Of a stretch of DNA of 35,218 bases, positions 21,616 to 33,290 are shown piece after piece. Under the pieces are notes generated by a model. The model was not told the origin of the DNA. It made no database searches and saw only the letters and a list, made by a program, of their open reading frames with translations. This stretch comes from Octopus bimaculoides (Eukaryota). How positions within the stretch are numbered: the stretch's first letter is position 1; every line of letters begins with the position of its first letter. The stretch covers positions 63,380,948 through 63,416,165 of the forward strand of contig NC_068986.1 of NCBI RefSeq assembly GCF_001194135.2, in the 5' to 3' direction. A program made the position numbers and the translations under genes.

Positions 21616-22964
21616 GGTTTCTGCGTTTGTAAATGAGTCTTTAATCATGGCAGCATTTTTCTGTATTCAATCTAGGATAATTAACAGCTGAGATTTTAAT
21701 GTCAATGATATATTTTGAGATAGGAAATAGTTCAACAATGTCCTAAAGAGATGTGAACCACATATCTATTGCTTTCTAGACAGCCACGTTACCAATTATT
21801 CTAACAAGTACCTGCCATTTCCTTGTTTTAAATTAACTCCTATTTTTCCACCCTTGTTTTAAATTAACTCCTATTTTTCCAACTCTATTATTTTATTTCC
21901 CCAAATACCTCACTTATTTCGCAGATAATTTGTCAACCAGTCAGTGCTATCAATATAGTCTAATTTGTTAATGTCAAACAGAGTGAGATGACTTGTTTTA
22001 GATCTATATTTGAATGAGAAGTAACTTCAGGAATGAATAAATGAAAAAATTACCATTACTTTATCATTTGTATTTATAATATGATGCTAGTATCACAACA
22101 GTATTACCATTGCAAATTTTGAATTAAGTTGTACATACTCATAGTGAATAATCAACAACGACAAAAATTTAAATATATTCTGGAACTGCAAACAAGATCT
22201 GCTTTGTTTTTGGTAATATTATAGTTATAGTTGTGTGATCTCTATGAAAGAGCAAAGATTATGAGACCTAGCAACTTTAAGGGTGTCACAAGAAGATTGT
22301 AAGGTTACAAGGTTTATTTTCTTGATATGTGTAGTCATTTAATCTATGAGCTGTTGAAAATGAGCCAGTGAAGGAAGTTTTTAAGGTCTCATGAAAACAA
22401 ATCAAACTGTGTGGGGAAGGATAAGGATGAGTGAAGGGTGGTATCATTTCATTTGTTAGAGTTTACATCAGTAAGGTTCAATATATTGGGAGAGGAATTT
22501 GAGAGACATAACCAAAGCCTGGGACACACCAAAATTAGTGGCTTTCATGTTAATATGTAAAAGAGATCATTTGTCAAGATAAGTATAACCAGTTGAACTG
22601 TCAGTCCTATTAATGGCTCAGGATCTTTTCTGTTTGATTTCACTTTTTGAAATTTTAAAATTATGAATTTATGGCAAAAACGAATTTCATTTCCATTATT
22701 AGCATACAAAACTATATCAATACATCAATTGGAACAAAACTGAGGGAGTTGAAAAATGAAAGCCAAGACAGAAAGGATACAAGGCTAGTTTTTATTTTAC
22801 CTGCCATACTATAATGAAAAGTAGTCTGACAGAATTTTTAAAAATAAATTAAATATTGCAATAATTCAAGTTCGACAGGTGAGCATTTGTCCAGATTTAA
22901 AACAGAAGGGAAATAACTTTTGTCATTCCAATATGTGTTTCTTGTTTATTTTCATCTTCTCCAG

Positions 22965-23069
22965 ACCAAAGACGAACAGTTTGAAAAAATTGAATTTCAA
23001 TTTCGCAGCATTGAAAAAGTAATAAAGGTTTTCCTTCGTGATATAGAAGCCTACTTAAAACAATTAGAT
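22965..23069 (+). CDS. DNMBP: DNMBP exon, BAR domain start
   Basis: ctccag / gtaagt; TKDEQFEKIEFQFRSIEKVIKVFLRDIEAYLKQLD. Confidence 0.93.
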
Positions 23070-23723
23070 GTAAGTATTTCATATTTTAATCTTTTGGGTA
23101 ATGACTCAACGAATATTATAAAGAAGTCAGACATCTCACCTTATTTCTTTTATCAGCTGTATTCCTTATGCCATATCAATTGCATTTTCATGCCATATTG
23201 ACTAATATCTATTGTGCCATATTTAGTTTTAACTAAATTTGAACCTTCAATTTACATTTTACAGTGGAGATTAATGCAGATGATGGGAAGAGAATAAAAA
23301 AATTTTCATGAATGCAATCCCTAAACTTTACTGAATTTCATCTTTCAACTTACATTTTGTATTGAACAATGGTACAAAATTGTCAGAGGTATTAGACTGT
23401 CAAACAGAATACTTAAGATGTTCATTCTTGGTCTTTTTGCTCTGAGTTCCAATCCCAAAGGGGCCAGCTTTACCACTTAGGATCAATGAAGTACTAGGCC
23501 AGTAATGGAAATCAGTTGTTCTGTTTGTGTGTGTCTGTTTCTCTCTCTCACTCTTTCTCAATACATATATATTTCTGAGTGTAACACAGGTGTTCTCTAG
23601 GAACTGACGATACTGCTATTTTAACTCCAAGAGGATAGCGCCTCCAGCTGGTTATGCGGTGCACTCTGCACTTGATATATATTGCAAACTGGGAGAGAAC
23701 TCTCTACTATTTTAGCCCTGAGG

Positions 23724-23772
23724 CCACCAGACCATACAGTTTTGAACTTCTTATGGTCATCCTCACTGCTGG
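23724..23772 (-). ncRNA. Hammerhead relic, left arm
   Basis: Minus strand: CCAGCA-GTGAGGA-T-GACC-ATAAGAA-GTTC-AAAA-CTGTATGG-TC/TGGTGG. Confidence 0.62.
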
Positions 23773-23997
23773 ATACTCATCTGCTAGACATAGCAGTAAT
23801 TCACTCCAGCTCACAATATATAGAAAAGTGACACACCATCGCTGATCTTGCAACAATCAAACTAGCTGCTTTCATCTCTCATAGAGATTTTCTTAACAAG
23901 CTAATTTGCTAGTTGCAAGCTCAGTAACAATGTGTCACTTACATTTTTATATATTGCAAGCTGGAGTGAATTACTGCTATGTGTAGTGGACAAGTAT

Positions 23998-24046
23998 CCA
24001 TCACCAAGGATGACCATAAGAAGGTCAAAACCATACAGTCTGATAG
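23998..24046 (+). ncRNA. Hammerhead relic, right arm
   Basis: CCATCA-CCAAGGA-T-GACC-ATAAGAA-GGTC-AAAA-CCATACAG-TC/TGATAG. Helix II is perfect; helix I pairs 5 of 6. Confidence 0.62.
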
Positions 24047-24701
24047 TCTCAGGGCTAAAACTGTAGGGAGTTCACTCCTCGCTTGCAATATATATTAAGT
24101 GTAGAGTGCACTGCATAACCAGCTGAAGCGGGTATCCTCCTTGGATTAAAATTTAGGTGGCGTCAGTATGAATATAGCTTTCATCTCTTCTAGAGATTTT
24201 CTTGATAGCTAGTTTGCTTGTCATATATATATATATATCTGTCTCGCCATCCACTCAGTTAAGATTTTTCCATTCCCTTTTTCCTTGCGCTAGCTTATTA
24301 CACTGTCTGATAGTTGAAAGACTCTGTTTTGTTTTATTTTTGTTGTATAGCCAAAAGGCTTTTGTCCATTGTATATGTATAATTCTGTTTCTTATGTTAT
24401 GTTCATCCAATAGTCGAAAGACCCTTTCTGTTTGTTATTTCCTTGTGTTTGTACATGTATATTCGTTTGCCTTGCTCAAGGGCTTAATACCTTCAGCCTA
24501 AGACTTTGGCTCAACTGGTTTTTAGTAGTATCGGAGAGGATTGGGCAAAACTACATAGACATCCCAGACTCCAACTGAAGAAGCAATTGGCTGCGAATGA
24601 TCCGTGTATCTTGTTTTGTCCTGTTTGCCATTGTTGTGCTATTGTCCTTTACCTGCTTATGTTTTAACGATTTCCGTTTGTTGTGTTTTTTACCTTTGAG
24701 A

Positions 24702-24738
24702 GACACACACACACACACGCACGCACGCACGCGCGCGC

Positions 24739-24808
<70 letters not shown>
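24702..24808. repeat. Compound (CA)n/(CG)-interrupted/(GA)n microsatellite
   Basis: Read directly. Confidence 0.95.
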
Positions 24809-24810
<2 letters not shown>

Positions 24811-25167
24811 GTACTTGTAATTCAAATGTCCACTTTATCATGTATAGTCATACTGATTGTCTGAGAATTGCATTTAGAAAATTTAGGGACTGTCTGTGGA
24901 GTACTCACTCATTGACTCATTAATTTCACAAATTGAACAGCTGAACACTTATCACTGAAACTATCTCCCACCACCCACCATCACCACCATCATCAATAGA
25001 AAAGTGGGAAATGTAAACTACTCTACTAGATTTAAGGTGTTAATAGAAGTGGGGAAATGATATGACATGTAAATGATTAAAAATTATTTTGCTATCATTA
25101 TTATCATTAATGTTTTGTATTTTGCATCATTATATAAGCTATTTTGTGGGTTTATTTTGTTATTCAG

Positions 25168-25296
25168 GAATATGTGATCTGCTGGGAAAATCTCTGTTCA
25201 GGACTGGATAACATTTACAATGAGTCTCAGCCTGAAGAACTCAAGTATTATGCAGAGGCCACTAAGGTGGTCTGTTCTCAGTATTATTTAGAATTT
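25168..25296 (+). CDS. DNMBP: DNMBP exon, BAR domain
   Basis: attcag / gtacgt; EYVICWENLCSGLDNIYNESQPEELKYYAEATKVVCSQYYLEF; phase 0/0. Least conserved exon. Confidence 0.82.
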
Positions 25297-25980
25297 GTAC
25301 GTCTCAATTTTACACTGTTAACATTACATTTATTGTGACTCATTTTTTAAAACTCTGATTACTTTAGTTTTGATTAATTATAAATATAAATAACTGAGGT
25401 TATGAGAGTAAAAACGGACTAGACATTTAGTGGGATTATGTGTGTGCATAATTATTTGTTTTAGTAATGTCTGTACATGGCATAGCATATAACTATATAT
25501 TTAAAACTCCATAACTCTAATTCACTGCTATGCATACATCTGGAAAATGTATTCGTATTACTATACCTATAATCATTTGATTATGTATGTAGCAAGCACA
25601 TAGACTATAATAACCATAAAATATGCATAATGATTGAATAACAAGAGCAAAACAGGGTAGATTGATTTAATTATTTCATTCTTTAATACATGTTTCGTGA
25701 GTAAAATTTCTTCAGAAGGTAAACATTTTTTTTAATTAGTTTTTGAAGTTGTACCATTGAAATGTGTATAAAGGAATGAATTAATTAATTAATCGTTCTT
25801 GTTTCTCTAATTAATTTAATCACTATATGTGGGTGAAAGTAATCTTTCTAAATGTATAACTTTTAATTCTTTCACCTTTATATGTAAGTTGTAAATGTAA
25901 CTTCATCTAAACGAGAAGTTCCTAATCAGCAACCACTATAGTGGTCTCACTAAATAATGTTATTGTTGATGTTTTTGTAG

Positions 25981-26121
25981 AGAAATCAAGTAGATATGTT
26001 GGTACTTCAGCCTCTCAACCAGTTACTGTCCCTGTTTTTGGGCCCCAATAAAGTGATTGAGAAACGCTTTGATAAACTATTAGATTATGACAGTTTAGCA
26101 CGGAAATCTAAACTGGATAAG
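25981..26121 (+). CDS. DNMBP: DNMBP exon, BAR domain
   Basis: ttgtag / gtaatt; RNQVDMLVLQPLNQLLSLFLGPNKVIEKRFDKLLDYDSLARKSKLDK (KRxDKLLDYD BAR motif). Confidence 0.95.
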
Positions 26122-26216
26122 GTAATTGTTTCACAACCTGATTTTTCTTTTCTTTTTTTTTCTTTTCTACTTATTGTTATTGTTATATTTTAAGTTGTTA
26201 GATATATTGTATATAT

Positions 26217-26500
26217 AGGCACAAGCATAGCTGTGTGGTTAAGAAGCTCACTTTGCAGCCATGTGGTTTGGGGTTCAATCCCACTGTGTGGCACCTTGAG
26301 CCAGTGCTTTCTACTATATTATGGAAGCCCATCATATATATATGTATGTAACTTCTAACTTAGTAGTTCAGCAAAAGAAAATCAATAGATTAAGTACCAA
26401 ACTTAAATAAGTACTGAGGTTGATTTGTTCAAGTAAGCTTTTCAAGATACTGCCCCAGCATGGCTGCAGTCCAGTGACTAAAACAAGTAAAAGATAAAAG
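26217..26500 (+). mobile_element. SINE family A copy
   Basis: GGCACAAGCATAGCTGTGTGGTTAAGAAG...GGGTTCAATCCC head and CCAGCATGGCTGCAGTCCAGTGACT tail. Confidence 0.7.
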
Positions 26501-26887
26501 ACTATTTATGATTAAAAATAATTATAAATAGTAATAGCCAAAGGATATTTGCAGTGATGCGTGTTAAGTCTGTATGCTGCCAGGAAGGCCATATTATTGA
26601 TGTTTCAAGCAGAGGTCTTCATCATGAAGAAAGATTTATTTTTAATGTTTCTGCTAGCACTGAACAGGTAGCTTTTTTGACTGAGATGTGTTTTGACTTT
26701 ACTCTCTAATGAAGAATGCTACAAAGTACTCATCTACCCTTGATATACAAACTTAACTAAAGTTACTAGCTTTATTCTTGTAATTATAGTTCAATAATTA
26801 TAATCAATTATGAATTGAGCATCATAGTGAATGCAGTAAATTTTAATTGTAGCTACATTATTTTACCATCACTTATACCTTTGTTAA

Positions 26888-27081
26888 CCCTTTAGCATTC
26901 AGATCACTCTGTTAAATTTAATGCATATTTATTCACATTGTTTTGAATTAATCATAGCTGATGGATTTTGATGATGTGATTGTTTGCTTTTAGAACATCA
27001 TAGGTTAAGTGTGAAGGTCAGTTTGAACATAAAACTGGTATAATATATGGGCTGGATATGGCCAGTTTAAATGCTAACGGG
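26888..27081. mobile_element. piggyBac-type MITE, 194 bp
   Basis: TTAA at 26884-26887 and 27082-27085. Termini CCCTTTAGCATTCAGA vs CCCGTTAGCATTTAAA (13/16 match). Confidence 0.75.
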
Positions 27082-27747
27082 TTAATAGAGTACTTTCCTG
27101 AATCACAAGGATCCATAGGGTCAGTCCTCAATAGCTGTTTCCATTATATTAAGCAAATGAAAGGTCTTTTTCTGGACAGGTTGCTAATATATCTTTAGTA
27201 ATTTTTCCAAGAAATCCTGCTTGCTTTTGAGCAATATATAATTATACTTCTTTTCCAGAAACATAACAAAAATACATGCTTTAAGTTTTGAACTATCACA
27301 TGAGCTAGCATGCTAATATCCTGTTTACCTGGCTATTTTATTTAAAAAATAACATTGGAAGAAACATAAATGTCACAATTCTCAATTCCTTTCCTGTCAG
27401 GCAATAAGAGATAACTATTCATTAAAGCAAAAGCACTAGATAGGAGAGGTCAAGTAACTGATTCTATTTGTATCTTGTGATGAGATAATTTATGATTAAA
27501 TAATAGCTAAATTAAAATTATTTGGGATAAAATTGAAATTTCTTTAGATTTATCACAAATTTTATCTTAAATTTCTTTAGTTTATTTTTTAAAACCTTCC
27601 TACAAAGTCATGTATTTGATCTTGATAATACTGAAAGTCACTTGTAAATTCTTTGAATATTTATCATATTATATGCTGTTTATTTATATATTTATTTATT
27701 TGATCCAGTAATAAAGTTTCCACTATTTTCTCTTTTTCTTCCACTAG

Positions 27748-27927
27748 ACTAATGAAATCCAAGCAGCTCAATGTGATTATAGAGCCTTGAATGCCCAACT
27801 TTTAGATGAATTACCAAGATTATATGAGCTGTCTCAGGAGTTATTCCAAGAATGTATATGCAGTTATAATATAACTCAGGCCAACTTTTATGATAAAATT
27901 GTTAAAAAGATGTATACTCTGCTCACA
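27748..27927 (+). CDS. DNMBP: DNMBP exon, BAR domain
   Basis: cactag / gtaagt; TNEIQAAQCDYRALNAQLLDELPRLYELSQELFQECICSYNITQANFYDKIVKKMYTLLT (YxALNAQLLDELP motif). Absent from the ORF track. Confidence 0.95.
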
Positions 27928-28206
27928 GTAAGTATATTGGTAGCATATTTCTTATTTGTATAATCTTTCAAATTAATATTTATGTCTCAACATTTTAACT
28001 GATTAAATGCATTAATGAAGAATCGTTAATTGCTTTATCAATTTTATTTATAATATTATTTCACTAAATTTATTGATTTTCAGTGTTTTATTTATTTATT
28101 TATTGAGAAAATCAAAGTATTAAGATCATTAAAAATGCAATTCTTTCAAGTTAAAATTAATTAATACTTAACTTTAAGCAATTGTCTTTCTTTCTTGTTT
28201 GGATAG

Positions 28207-28383
28207 TTGCCTTTTCTCATGTCTATGCCAGAGAACATTCTGGAATCCTTCCAAGCATTGCATACTGCTGCCATTGACCAATTAAGCAATCTAGATTTCA
28301 TACCCCGCAAGTTTGGTCCCAAAACAGAAAGTAAATCTGAAAGAAAACTGATCAGACAATCTCGACTCAGCCTATGTGAACAG
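28207..28383 (+). CDS. DNMBP: DNMBP exon, end of BAR and linker
   Basis: ggatag / gtaact; LPFLMSMPENILESFQALHTAAIDQLSNLDFIPRKFGPKTESKSERKLIRQSRLSLCEQ; phase 0/0. Confidence 0.88.
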
Positions 28384-29009
28384 GTAACTTTTCTATTTTC
28401 ATTTGTCACCTTTGTGATAAGATTATAATTACAGGAACACATTGCTATTTTTAGTGTCCCTTACATATAACCATTGATATAGATTTTTGTTTGTTTTACT
28501 AACACAATAAAAAACTTTTTTCCTCCACAAATACTGTAGCAAATTTCTGCACATGGTTGATTGAGACAGTTGATAGCTTTCACTTGCAGCATCTCATTAT
28601 TTTATTCTAGTAAGGAAGATGTTTTTTTAATTGGTAGGAATGAAGTGATGTTAAGAATATAAAACATGTGAAAGACACTATGTGACCATAAAATGATTCT
28701 GAGAATTTTAGACATAGGCTCAGGCCAAAAAATATTTGTAATAGAAATATAATCGATTGTATCAGCTCCAGTATTTAATTGATACTTATTTTAGTGAATG
28801 CTAGAATTTTGAAACACAAAGTTAATCTTGGTATGAAGTGAACTCAGATTGTAGAGGTGCGACCAAATAACACAAGACATCTCTGGCACTCTACCAATTC
28901 TATCAAACAACAATGTTTGTGTAGTAAATTGTAAGGTGAGCATCACAATGATGTAGTAAATTCTTATTGAGTTATTTCTGAATAAGAAGTAAAATTTATG
29001 TGATTCAGA

Positions 29010-29260
29010 AAAGGATTCACTTAACAATGGTCAGGGTCATTTGTATCGCATATCTCAAGAGTCTTGATCCATTCTCATTCCTTATGCTCTATCCAAAGCT
29101 TCTGTGTTCACCACAGAGGCCATTACTCAACATGTTCATTAAAACTGACTGCCATGATAATGAGGTTGCTGCCATTTGTTATTGAGGTTGTTTGTCAGAG
29201 GGCCTGATAGAAAGAATCCTTCTGTTCATTTACCAGAGTTGACTGTGGTGCATGTTTGTT
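29010..29260 (-). pseudogene. Degenerate RTE AP-endonuclease fragment
   Basis: HAPQSTLVNEQKDSFYQAL*QTTS...LIIMAVSFNEHVE, then after frameshifts SFG*SIRNENGSRLL/EICDTND. Matches the APE YAP..., GDFNxHVG and RNxxGxxLLEFC motifs. Confidence 0.7.
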
Positions 29261-29954
29261 ATTCCATCAAAATAGATATGTTACACAATCATGTAACTGA
29301 GTTTTTTTTTTTGTGTACTGGTCTATCTGTTTCTATATCACACCTCTGCTATAATTCTGCGTCTCTAAGGCAACTATTGCTAGTTCATTTTACATCACTC
29401 TTAACAGACCAACTAGGAATCTTACATGTAGTACTTAATCTTCTAAAATTAATGGCCAAATCTCCTTCAAATCACACCTTACTGTCTTTAAAAAAAGTGG
29501 ATTAGACATTGGATTATATGTCTGAATAAAAAAAATGATGGTATAGTCATGGTTGGCATGCCTGTGATCATCTGCTCAACCTGGGCTGACCTGGGGATAA
29601 ACAACTACCACCACCTGGTTATAAATACCATCTGTTTTATAAGTAAGGCAACATTTAAATATTAATATGTTAGGTTCTGCTTTACATATGAGACAGTTGG
29701 TATCTACACGATGAACATAACTTACCGATACATGCAGGAGTAGGAATACCATAACCTTTTGACTTCTTGTTGTGTTGGCTTCTTATCTTTCTAAAGAGAA
29801 AATAGACACTATTAGTCACAGCATTATCTAAAATATACCAAGAATCAGTATTACATTGATGCCTCTCTGCATTGTCGTAATCAAGCAATCAATGAGATAA
29901 GTAGTAAAGAAAATAATGGACGGCACCATTGGAAGATGTCAGTCAGATTAATGA

Positions 29955-30097
29955 TAATGGTTTCAAATTTTGTCACGAGGCCAGCATTTTGGAGGGAGGG
30001 GGTAAGTCAATTACATTAACCCCAGTGCTCAAATGGTACTTATTTTATCGACCCTGAAGGAGGAAAGGTAAAGTCGACCTCAGTGGAATTTGAAGTC
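29955..30097 (-). mobile_element. SINE family B fragment
   Basis: TGGTACTTATTTTATCGACCCTGAAGG...AAAGTCGACCTCAGTGGAATTTGAA matches 14160-14230. Confidence 0.65.
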
Positions 30098-30547
30098 ATG
30101 CAGAGTAATCCTGCAAAGCCTAAGATATTTCTGCTCCTCACAGCAGAACCAGTAGATTTCATTTTCATTTTTTAATCACTCTGGGTTCCATATGCAAATT
30201 TACTTTAAATATTATATATTTTTTGCCTGAATATGCAATGCTGAAATTGTGGTGCATCTAATATGCCTGTGCATCTTTAATGCCATCAAATATCGTATTT
30301 ATACAGTTTGGGGCTTGTTTAATTAACCAAAAGATATTAGAATTTTCCATTGTGTTGTTTGCTGTTGGACAAGTTGTTAATTATATTTTTTTAATATTTT
30401 TTTTTTTTTTTGATAACATCCTTAGTAGCAAACCTTGACATACGTGAAGAATAGCAGATCAATCAAATCTCTACTTTTTCACCTGCATTACTTTTTATAT
30501 TTTTTTCTATTGAAAATACCATGTTAATTATTATATATATATATATA

Positions 30548-31165
30548 NNNNNNNNNNNNNNNNNNNNNNNNNNNNNNNNNNNNNNNNNNNNNNNNNNNNN
30601 NNNNNNNNNNNNNNNNNNNNNNNNNNNNNNNNNNNNNNNNNNNNNNNNNNNNNNNNNNNNNNNNNNNNNNNNNNNNNNNNNNNNNNNNNNNNNNNNNNNN
30701 NNNNNNNNNNNNNNNNNNNNNNNNNNNNNNNNNNNNNNNNNNNNNNNNNNNNNNNNNNNNNNNNNNNNNNNNNNNNNNNNNNNNNNNNNNNNNNNNNNNN
30801 NNNNNNNNNNNNNNNNNNNNNNNNNNNNNNNNNNNNNNNNNNNNNNNNNNNNNNNNNNNNNNNNNNNNNNNNNNNNNNNNNNNNNNNNNNNNNNNNNNNN
30901 NNNNNNNNNNNNNNNNNNNNNNNNNNNNNNNNNNNNNNNNNNNNNNNNNNNNNNNNNNNNNNNNNNNNNNNNNNNNNNNNNNNNNNNNNNNNNNNNNNNN
31001 NNNNNNNNNNNNNNNNNNNNNNNNNNNNNNNNNNNNNNNNNNNNNNNNNNNNNNNNNNNNNNNNNNNNNNNNNNNNNNNNNNNNNNNNNNNNNNNNNNNN
31101 NNNNNNNNNNNNNNNNNNNNNNNNNNNNNNNNNNNNNNNNNNNNNNNNNNNNNNNNNNNNNNNNN

Positions 31166-31166
<1 letters not shown>
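30548..31166. other. Assembly gap (619 N) inside a (TA)n microsatellite
   Basis: Run of N flanked on both sides by (AT)n. Confidence 0.99.
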
Positions 31167-31200
<34 letters not shown>

Positions 31201-32129
31201 CACACACACACACACACACATATATATACTGTGTATATATATATGTGTGTGTGTGTGATATTTATGCATAAAAAAGAACACAGAAAATGTAATTGGGTTT
31301 AATGCTTTATATAATGTACAACTGTTTCATAAGCCAGGTAAAACATCAATTATATGAGCATAAAACTTAATTATATGAACAAACTCTTCGCATTTTTGCT
31401 GAGTAATGTTGATGAATGGTATCACCAGCATATGTTCAAGAAACTGAGTTTTACACTTATGCAATTGATGTTTTACTGGCCTTATGAAACACATGTACAT
31501 TGTACCAAGTAGTCATACTGCTTACGCTTTTTTGTGTTCTTTTTGTTTATGTTTTTTTTATATGACATGCATACTTCACACACTTGCCCATCTGAAGTTA
31601 TGAGGATTGTGCAACCACAATGAAGAATGGAACTGAATGTGGATCCAATCTGTAGCATAAGGTGTTATGCAATAGGATCAAACCTGGAACTTATAAGTGT
31701 TGTTGTAAAGTCTTAATGGCACACCTTATCTAACACTCAGCTTCATCTATCTATTATGCTTGTACCTATTAACTCTGAGTGTCATCCAAATATTGCCTTT
31801 GTATTTAACCCAGCAAACACTGAAGTGATGATAAGCTATCGATGACTGAAGACTGCAATCTAGTTTTGGTTCCCATCAAACACGTCAGAACTTACACTTC
31901 TTTGTGGTCTGTTTCTTGATTACCCCTTTATCTTGGATGTGTTATTTAACATGTTTCAAAAATCTTTAGGTGATAGTTTTGAAATAGTGAATATTGAGAG
32001 AAAATGAATTCTAATATTTCATTTCTTTAAAATGACAGTATTGTTGTCCTTTGGGACAATAGACAAGTGATTGAAACACTAGACTTGGTTGGTAAAGTAA
32101 ATACTCTCAGTACAATCCTTGGCCTAGAT

Positions 32130-32480
32130 TAGGAATATCACCTGAAGAGTATTGGAAAGATTAACAATTGAAAAAGTGTGTCTACCACACATCCAAGATG
32201 ATGAAATACTCAGGAAAACAAATCCTTGTGAAAATACATTTCCTTCTTAATGTTATTTAGATACAAATATCACCTACTTCCCAACTCAATTAATTCATCT
32301 GCCTCTCATCCACATACCATTCCTGTTGTGTCTCATTGAAAAGAATTCCCACAAAACACTTTTTACCAATTTTTCCTTTCTCAGTGCTTCAGCCAGTGCA
32401 ATTATCTTCCAACTCACATTTCTCTCCATAGATATTTCATGTATAGCATTGAAACTGTTTGGAAGGGCCTACAAAGGTCA
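32130..32480 (-). pseudogene. Possible highly decayed LINE AP-endonuclease N-terminus
   Basis: EISMERNVSWKIIALAEALRKEK and VIFVSK*H*EGNV loosely resemble WDIIGLSEVRR and GVGFLINKxIAGNV. Confidence 0.3.
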
Positions 32481-32999
32481 TACATCATGCCTCTCCTGCT
32501 CTGAATAATTATTAAAAATGAGTCTTTTGAGCCAGACCCATTTCCAGCTACCTGATATCAAGCTTACCCCGCCTTAATATTCTTGCTACTTTGTAATAAT
32601 TTTGTTTTTACTCTTTCTAATTGTCACATTTAGCTGATTCTTTCAGTTTGATTTTTTTTAAATGCCTCTTTCCATTCTTTCTTTTTTAACTATTCCCATC
32701 CCTTTCTTTTTAATTCCTGTTTTCCATTACTTACTTTTTAATTGCTATTTTCTACATTTCTCTTTTCTACATTTCTCTTTAAGTCTGAGTTTTTTTTCAG
32801 TCTTATTGCAGCATCCTTTACACTAACCTACACCTACATTTTCTTACAGTACATACATATAAATATATATACACACACACACACACACGTGTGTGTGTAT
32901 ATACACCTACATATATGCATGTACCACACACATACACATATTCATGCACATCTTTCTTTTATCTTTTACTTGAAGAATTTTTTAATTAAATGAATTGAC

Positions 33000-33290
33000 C
33001 CCAGTATCTTTTTTTAGCCTAGTACTTATACTGTCAGTCTCTTTTGAAATAAACACACCAACACCTCTTATCAAGGGGTTGTAGGATAGAAACACAGACA
33101 CAACGATCACACACACACACACATATATATATACAACAGGCTTCTTTCAGTTTCCAACTACCAAATCCACTTACAAGGTTTTGGTCAACCTGCGGCTTTA
33201 GTAGAAGACACCTGCCCAAAGTACCATGCTGTGGGACTGAACTCAGAACGATGTGGTGGGGAAGCAAGCTTCTTAGCACTCAGCCATGTA
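33000..33290 (-). mobile_element. SINE family A copy
   Basis: Reverse complement of the 9451 head (AAGAAGCTTGCTTCCCC...GAGTTCAGTCCCACAGCATGGTACTTTGGGCAGG). Confidence 0.7.

Larger units (their letters stand above)
23594..24222. mobile_element. Second non-autonomous HHR-bearing element: inverted arms plus ~309-nt direct repeat
   Basis: 23594-23854 is the reverse complement of ~23912-24190. GCTTTCATCTC...GAGATTTTCTT recurs at 23868 and 24177. Homologous to 1205-2035. Confidence 0.7.

Noticed and set aside
21821-21881. 30-bp tandem duplication (and a 15-bp duplication near 32745-32780)
   Set aside because: Ordinary slippage duplications in intronic DNA.
24040-24070. CTGATAG...GGGCTAAAAC as an additional HHR
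   Set aside because: Core is incomplete, and it overlaps helix I of the better-supported motif at 23998-24046.
29682-29888. Minus ORF starting MLDYDN as a duplicated BAR exon
   Set aside because: Only a 4-5 residue match to KLLDYD; the rest is unrelated.
30463-31281. Four long ORF-track entries (228-272 aa)
   Set aside because: Artefacts of the N run and flanking (TA)n.
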